Positions 34,031-38,675 of a DNA stretch of 38,675 bases are shown piece by piece. The stretch is from Dehalococcoidales bacterium (GTDB lineage: Bacteria; Chloroflexota; Dehalococcoidia; Dehalococcoidales; E44-bin46). The first letter of the stretch is position 1. Each line of letters opens with the position of its first letter. The notes beneath the pieces are model-generated. The model was not told the origin of the DNA and ran no database searches. It worked only from the letters and a program-made list of their open reading frames with translations. The DNA lies in assembly GCA_036481135.1 (NCBI GenBank), contig JAZGHN010000045.1:1-38675 (forward strand). The letters are read 5' to 3'. The position numbers and the translations under genes were made by a program.

Positions 34031-34941
34031 CTCGTGCTCAGTCGCCTAAATAAAACTATCAAGCCGGCGATAACAGCTACTGCTATGCCAATGCCACCAC
34101 CTCCCCAAATCCTGGGTGTTAGCACAGTTACCCTCAGTTGCATACTGCCAGAGGCGTTTTCACTTTCAGCCTTCAAGGTAGCGAAATAGTCACGAGCTAT
34201 CGTTCTCTTCGGTGACTTTATTACTACTTCCACCTCCTGCTTAAGGTCGGGTTCTAAAGTGTCTATTTTCTCGGGGCTGAAGGTTACGCTCCAGCCTTCA
34301 GGCTTATTTGATGAGAAGGCGAGGCCTTCAATAGCCGCCGTGCCTGTGTTTTCCAGCAGAATGGATATGTGTTTCTCCTCGCCACCCTTTATCTCGGTAT
34401 TGAACCTACCTGTGGTTGTATCTATATTAAGCTCATACCTCGCAGTCACCACTGCCGTCAGGTCGATACTGATTTTAGTATCAGCTGACTCCATTTCAAA
34501 GGTTATCACATACTCGCCTGGCTCCGGTGCTTTCCCCGGTAGCGGGGCAGCTCTTACCGTGATCGTCTCACTAGGGGCGATTACCCCCTCGAGATCAATA
34601 CCTCCTACCCGTTGGTCTGAGTAGGAGTGCCAAATTGTTGCCTCCCATCCAGGAGGGGCTATAACGCTAAAGTCATACGCAACAGCATACTCTTTGACAG
34701 TAGGCGCGAGATAAAACTCAAAGTCGAAAGTGTCGCCAGCCACACCCTTCACAATGGGAAATTTGCAAACAATTCCGATAGGTTCGTAGTCCTTCTCAGG
34801 TTCCCCCTGGCTCGGTGGTGGGGCAGGGCTATCATTACCTTCCTCAGCTGCGACTACGATTGGGCTTCCCAGTAAAGTGGTGAGCGCTGCGGAGAGTAAG
34901 ATAAAACAAGCAAGGCAACGAGCTATTCTTGACTTATTCAT
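34027..34941 (-). CDS. secreted, C-terminally membrane-anchored NEW3/CARDB-like two-domain protein, paralog B
   Basis: 304 aa with the same architecture as paralog A, at roughly 60% amino-acid identity by eye. The signal peptide and TM anchor are nearly identical. Confidence 0.65.
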   Translation of the reverse strand: MNKSRIARCLACFILLSAALTTLLGSPIVVAAEEGNDSPAPPPSQGEPEKDYEPIGIVCKFPIVKGVAGDTFDFEFYLAPTVKEYAVAYDFSVIAPPGWEATIWHSYSDQRVGGIDLEGVIAPSETITVRAAPLPGKAPEPGEYVITFEMESADTKISIDLTAVVTARYELNIDTTTGRFNTEIKGGEEKHISILLENTGTAAIEGLAFSSNKPEGWSVTFSPEKIDTLEPDLKQEVEVVIKSPKRTIARDYFATLKAESENASGSMQLRVTVLTPRIWGGGGIGIAVAVIAGLIVLFRRLSTR

Positions 34942-34988
34942 AAACTATGGCGATTCCTCTCCTCGTTTTTGATGCGCTTGCTACTCTG

Positions 34989-35116
34989 GCATTATTACAA
35001 ATTTAACAATATAGTATATCCATAACTAAGGATTAAATCAAGTAGCATTATCGCACATTTAACAGTATAGTATATCCATAATTAAGGATTAAATCAAGTA
35101 GCATTATTATAAATTG
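34989..35116 (-). repeat. 56-bp tandem repeat (2 full copies plus a partial one), each unit carrying a sigma70-like promoter facing paralog B
   Basis: 35001-35050 and 35057-35106 differ at 2 of 50 positions. Each unit reads TTGATT-N17-TATACT on the minus strand (-35 at 35041-35036 and 35097-35092, -10 at 35018-35013 and 35074-35069). GCATTATTAcAAATT at 34989 recurs as GCATTATTAtAAATT at 35101. Confidence 0.7.
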
Positions 35117-35142
35117 AGCGCCTGTGTAAAATAGGCTATAAT
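35114..35142 (+). promoter_or_regulatory. sigma70-type promoter of acpS
   Basis: TTGAGC (35114-35119), a 17-nt spacer, then TATAAT (35137-35142). The track's ATG at 35141 lies inside the -10. Confidence 0.55.
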
Positions 35143-35155
35143 GCTGGCAACCAGG

Positions 35156-35521
35156 ATGCGCTATATTGGTGTGGATATAATAGAGGTAACCCGTATTGAA
35201 AAGGCTATAGCCTGCTGGGGGGAGCGGTTCCTTCAGCGGGTGTATACTGATTCTGAGCTTAAGCTGTGCTGCAACAACTCCTCGTCTTTGGCTGTCCGTT
35301 TTGCTGGTAAGGAGGCAGTAATAAAGGCATTAGGTGGTTTAAGCCCGGGTTTCAGCTGGAGGGAGATTGAGATATTGTCTGACCCTAGAGGCAAGCCTTT
35401 AGTTCAACTTCATGGTAGTATGCAAAGTCAGGCCGAGGGCTTGGGTTTAGACGGTTTCGCTATCAGTCTCTCCGATTGCGAAGAATATGCTATCGCCTTT
35501 GTCGTTGGGGAAACAAAATGA
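35156..35521 (+). CDS. acpS: holo-[acyl-carrier-protein] synthase (4'-phosphopantetheinyl transferase)
   Basis: MRYIGVDIIEVTRIEKA, FAGKEAVIKALG and EILSDPRGKP are AcpS family motifs. I chose the ATG at 35156 because 35141 overlaps the -10 element and AcpS proteins normally begin directly at the IG.D.. strand. Confidence 0.85.
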   Translation: MRYIGVDIIEVTRIEKAIACWGERFLQRVYTDSELKLCCNNSSSLAVRFAGKEAVIKALGGLSPGFSWREIEILSDPRGKPLVQLHGSMQSQAEGLGLDGFAISLSDCEEYAIAFVVGETK

Positions 35522-35572
35522 CAGTCCCGGTTTTCAAAAGGGTTGAACCGGTGGCAAAAGGAGGCAACAAAG

Positions 35573-36364
35573 GTGGTTAAGAAAGCAGCTATAGGTTTTT
35601 TGAGCTTCCTCCTCTTTTGTTCCTTATCTGTTTTTGGTGCTACATTTGTCATGAATCGTACTATCCTCAATCCGGACTTCGTTATCGCTCAGATAGATAG
35701 GCTGGATGTGTCCTCACTGGTGGAAGAGGTGGCAGGGGGAGAGTTTCCCTTAGAGCAAATCCCTGCTGACCTTGAGCCCTGGATAAGAGAGCAGACGCAT
35801 ACTGTTGTCTATGCTGGCTATGACTATCTTCTGGGGAAGAGCGAGAGGTTGAGCATGGTAATTGACCTGGAACCGGTGAGGGAAAGCTTGGAAGAGAGTG
35901 TGGGGGTTGCTGGGCTAATACCACCGACTATTGAAATCAATGCAACCATGATACGCATGATGAGCCCGGAGACGATGGACATGCTTGAGGAGGCGAGGCG
36001 ATATATCGGCTATGAGCAATTGGCCTACCGGATTTCCATTGGTGCCATGATTGGTATAATCGTGGGGCTTGTTTTCCTGCATCGGCGGGTGAAGGGCGCC
36101 GCCCGTTCTATAGGGATACCCTGCTTAAGCTGCGGAATTCCTGCCTTTGTGGGCACTTTATTTGCTGCTGGTTTCGCCACTATGCTGTTGGCACAGCTTC
36201 CGCCTTCTCCTCAACTTCAAGGATGGCTAATGCAGTCCATTAATGACCTCTTAGCTCCGTTGAGGATGTATAGTATTGGTCTTATGGCGACAGGGATAGC
36301 TCTGCTTGTGGTCTCGTTTGTCTATAAAGAGCGCCGACCTCCGGCTGAGACAGAACTAGGTTGA
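35573..36364 (+). CDS. hypothetical integral membrane protein
   Basis: It has an N-terminal TM, a soluble segment of about 130 aa, then 3-4 C-terminal TM helices. I recognised no family. I prefer the GTG at 35573, which lies 8 nt after GGAGG at 35560-35564, over the track's TTG at 35543. Confidence 0.55.
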   Translation: MVKKAAIGFLSFLLFCSLSVFGATFVMNRTILNPDFVIAQIDRLDVSSLVEEVAGGEFPLEQIPADLEPWIREQTHTVVYAGYDYLLGKSERLSMVIDLEPVRESLEESVGVAGLIPPTIEINATMIRMMSPETMDMLEEARRYIGYEQLAYRISIGAMIGIIVGLVFLHRRVKGAARSIGIPCLSCGIPAFVGTLFAAGFATMLLAQLPPSPQLQGWLMQSINDLLAPLRMYSIGLMATGIALLVVSFVYKERRPPAETELG

Positions 36365-36428
36365 GCTTTTGACCGTCGGTAGGCGGGGTGATAAAATTAA
36401 GTTAAGTAGCGGCTGAGGAGAACCGAAA

Positions 36429-37190
36429 ATGTCAGGGCATTCTAAGTGGTCTTCAATTAAGCATCAGAAAGGGGTAACCGATGCCAGGCGGGGTCAGCTT
36501 TTTACCAAGTTGACCAGAGAGATTATAGTGGTGGTGCGTGATGGGGGTAGCAACCCGGATATGAATGCTCGACTGCGCCTGGCCATCCAGAAGGCTCGTG
36601 ATAACAGTATGCCCGTAGATAATATCGAGCGGGCAATCAAGCGGGGCAGCGGCACTCTGGAAGGGGCTGCTCTGGAAGAGATGGTTCTTGAGGGCTACGG
36701 TCTTAGTGGGGCTGCTATCTTAGTCAAGGCTTTAACTGATAACCGCAATCGGACCATCCAGGACGTTCGCCATCTATTTTCCCGTTATGGCGGCAGTCTC
36801 GGGGAGAGTGGTTGTGTCGCCTGGCTCTTCGATTCCAAGGGATTGATTATGATAAAGAGTAGCGATATGGATACTGAGGAGCTAGCCCTGGAGGCTATTG
36901 ACGTCGGTGCCGATGATGTCAAGGTGGAGAGTGCTTTTGTGGAGATTTATACCAGACCGGATGAGCTTGAGATGGTCAGGGCGGCGCTGGAGGAGAAAAA
37001 TATACCTGTCGCCTCTGCTGAGTTATCTCTGGTGCCCAAGACTATGGTTGAGCTTGAGGAAAAGCCGGCATTGCAAACTCTGAAGCTGCTGGACAAACTG
37101 GAAGAGCTGGATGAGGTGCAGCAGGTATCCAGTAACGTGGACTTTCCTGATTCTGTTCTAGAAAAGTATCAGAGCGAAGCTAAAGTATGA
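36429..37190 (+). CDS. yebC: YebC/PmpR family DNA-binding transcriptional regulator
   Basis: 253 aa with MSGHSKWSSIKHQKG.. and FTKL.REI..A.R.GG.NPD.N.RLR.AI, which are diagnostic. It lies upstream of ruvC, as is commonly seen. Confidence 0.92.
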   Translation: MSGHSKWSSIKHQKGVTDARRGQLFTKLTREIIVVVRDGGSNPDMNARLRLAIQKARDNSMPVDNIERAIKRGSGTLEGAALEEMVLEGYGLSGAAILVKALTDNRNRTIQDVRHLFSRYGGSLGESGCVAWLFDSKGLIMIKSSDMDTEELALEAIDVGADDVKVESAFVEIYTRPDELEMVRAALEEKNIPVASAELSLVPKTMVELEEKPALQTLKLLDKLEELDEVQQVSSNVDFPDSVLEKYQSEAKV

Positions 37191-37681
37191 GAATTTTAGG
37201 CATTGACCCGGGCACAGTTGCTATGGGTTACGGGGTGATAGACAGTGGTGACGATGAAACAACTCTGGTTGATTGTGGTGTTTTAGATTGCCCGAAGCGC
37301 TCCCCGATAGGGGAGCGCTTGAGCTTTTTATATGGGGAGCTGGAGAAGATTATCTCACGCTATCAGCCTGAGGCGGTGGCTATAGAGCAACCCTTCGTGG
37401 CCAAGAATGTAAGGTCGACGCTGGCTATAGGTAAGGCGCAGGCAGTGGCTATTCTGGCAGCAGCCAACAGGGGAATCCCATCCTATGAATACACCCCAAC
37501 CCAGGTGAAGCAGAGGGTAGCCGATTACGGAGGCAGTTCCAAGGAGCAGGTTCAGGAGATGGTCAAGCTCCAGCTTGGATTAGCTGAAGTGCCCCAGCCA
37601 GCCGACGCCGCCGATGCCCTGGCGGTGGCTATCTGCCACCTGCGTGAGACATATCTGAGTAATCTGTTGGCAAAGCAGTGA
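37187..37681 (+). CDS. ruvC: crossover junction endodeoxyribonuclease RuvC
   Basis: 164 aa with ILGIDPG, VAIEQPF and a DAADALAVAICH C-terminal catalytic Asp/His region. It shares an ATGA overlap with yebC. Confidence 0.92.
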   Translation: MRILGIDPGTVAMGYGVIDSGDDETTLVDCGVLDCPKRSPIGERLSFLYGELEKIISRYQPEAVAIEQPFVAKNVRSTLAIGKAQAVAILAAANRGIPSYEYTPTQVKQRVADYGGSSKEQVQEMVKLQLGLAEVPQPADAADALAVAICHLRETYLSNLLAKQ

Positions 37682-37685
37682 GGAA

Positions 37686-38270
37686 ATGATAGCAGGTCTT
37701 CAAGGGAAACTGGAGTCGCTGGGCAGCGATTACGCCATTATCAATGTTAATGGCATAGCCTTTCTGGTATATATGCCCACCTCCGGCCTGAGTTCGCTGG
37801 GCAAAATCGGCGAGGAGGTCAAGATACATACCTACCTTCACCTCAGGGAAGACAATGCCGCCCTCTATGGCTTCACCTCGGCTGATGAGCTGAGGCTGTT
37901 TCAGACCCTGCTCGGTGTATCGGGATTGGGCCCCAAGCTGGCACTGGCTATGCTTTCCGCAATGAGCCCGGATAAGCTGGTGTTGGCTATTGCCGGTGGC
38001 AGCGCCGACCTATTGACGGCGGTTCCCGGCGTAGGGAAGAAGGTGGCTCAGCGGATTATTCTTGAGCTTAGAGACAAGATAGGTGTGGGCTGGATGACCA
38101 CGGCGGGGGTTCAGGTAGCCGAGGAAAATGCCGAGGTATTAGCTGCCTTAGTCTCTCTGGGCTACTCCGTTACCGAAGCCAGCCGCGCCGTAGCCACCCT
38201 GCCCCCCGACCCGGAATTAAGCCTTGAGGAGAAGGTCAAGCTGGCGCTGCAGTATTTGGGGGGCAAGTAA
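37686..38270 (+). CDS. ruvA: Holliday junction branch migration complex subunit RuvA
   Basis: 194 aa with MIAGLQGKL, helix-hairpin-helix motifs GVSGLGPKLA and VPGVGKKVAQRI, and a C-terminal domain III LGYS..EA. Confidence 0.92.
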   Translation: MIAGLQGKLESLGSDYAIINVNGIAFLVYMPTSGLSSLGKIGEEVKIHTYLHLREDNAALYGFTSADELRLFQTLLGVSGLGPKLALAMLSAMSPDKLVLAIAGGSADLLTAVPGVGKKVAQRIILELRDKIGVGWMTTAGVQVAEENAEVLAALVSLGYSVTEASRAVATLPPDPELSLEEKVKLALQYLGGK

Positions 38271-38283
38271 ATAGGAGACTCCG

Positions 38284-38675
38284 ATGAAAGCAAGTGAAGG
38301 AAAGACGGGACGGGTTTTCATCATCCGGATTGAGGATGGCGATGTATTACCTGACTGTATCGAACGCTTTGCCGAGGAGAACGGGGTATCTGCCGGATAC
38401 GCCCTGCTGGTAGGTGGGATAGGGAAGGGCGAGATAGTTGTCGGCCCCCGAGGTTCCGAGGAAATGCCCCCCGAACCGATGTTCCTCCCCATTGACGGCG
38501 TCCACGAGGTGGTGGGGGTGGGTGTACTCGCCCCCGATGAAGACGGCAAGCCGATTCTGCATATCCACGGTGCCTTGGGACGCAAGGATAAAACGGTGAC
38601 CGGCTGTCTCCGCCCCGGCGTCACCACCTGGCTGGTGGGGGAGGTCGTTCTCCTTGAAATCACCGGTGCAGCTGC
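38284..38675 (+). CDS. PPC/DUF296 domain protein, 3' end cut by window edge (absent from the ORF track)
   Basis: My own translation from the ATG at 38284 is open to the window end: MKASEGKTGRVFIIRIEDGDVLPDCIERFAEENGVSAGYALLVGGIGKGEIVVGP...FLPIDGVHEVVGVGVLAP...PILHIHGALGRKDKTVTGCLRPGVTTWLVGEVVLLEI. The pattern G....l.l..G.d....i..f....gi..a.v.g.iG.l / H.H..l.......GGHL-like is typical of DUF296. The overlapping minus-strand track ORF at 38217-38663 is its shadow. Confidence 0.7.
   Translation, partial: MKASEGKTGRVFIIRIEDGDVLPDCIERFAEENGVSAGYALLVGGIGKGEIVVGPRGSEEMPPEPMFLPIDGVHEVVGVGVLAPDEDGKPILHIHGALGRKDKTVTGCLRPGVTTWLVGEVVLLEITGAA

Noticed and set aside
34989-35116. Possible CRISPR array or minisatellite, suggested by the 56-bp repeats
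   Set aside because: There are only two full units, with 6 nt between the 50-bp cores and no unique spacers. There are no cas genes in the window. The units contain promoter hexamers at correct spacing, so I interpret the region as a duplicated promoter region.

Overview
This 38.7-kb window is mostly bacterial core genome, tightly packed, with about 45 protein genes and one tRNA. I saw no rRNA, CRISPR array, transposase or integrase. The gene content fits a Chloroflexota/Dehalococcoidia-like organism, but that is a low-confidence inference. The main clue is an mraZ-rsmH-ftsA-ftsZ block with no peptidoglycan genes.

Gene order:
- two tandem SDR oxidoreductases
- a five-gene Liv-type (HAAT) ABC importer with a lipoprotein binding protein
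- tRNA-Ala(UGC)
- a TauE/SafE permease
- fur-feoA-feoB
- a HerA/NurA-type cluster
- a LysE exporter and an HDAC-family deacetylase
- cca-secD-secF-CDF
- an orphan XRE HTH gene and priA
- mogA-like-trmD-rplS
- mraZ-rsmH-ftsA-ftsZ
- a DUF72 gene
- an ABC-2 exporter with two tandem paralogous NEW3/CARDB-like surface proteins
- acpS and a membrane protein
- yebC-ruvC-ruvA
- a 3'-truncated PPC/DUF296 gene that the ORF track misses

The best candidate for an undescribed system is the minus-strand cluster at 10287-14743. It encodes a NurA-like nuclease, a strongly Shine-Dalgarno-preceded 22-codon poly-lysine micro-ORF in a polypyrimidine tract, and a membrane-anchored transglutaminase-fold (Cys-His-Asp) protein. 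These are followed by a free-standing HAS-barrel protein that resembles a detached HerA N-terminal domain, and a HerA/FtsK-type ATPase.

The second point of interest is the exporter locus at 31075-35116. It shows a roughly 1.09-kb tandem segmental duplication that left a fossil of the ATPase 5' end. It also shows mosaic nucleotide conservation and a 56-bp tandemly repeated promoter element.

Several regulatory sites can be read by eye:
- a six-box, 10-bp-phased MraZ-type operator array
- Fur-box-like operators
- near-consensus sigma70 promoters
- terminators or hairpins
- two SD-ATG-stop mini-ORFs

All domain calls come from motif recognition by eye and have not been checked against databases.
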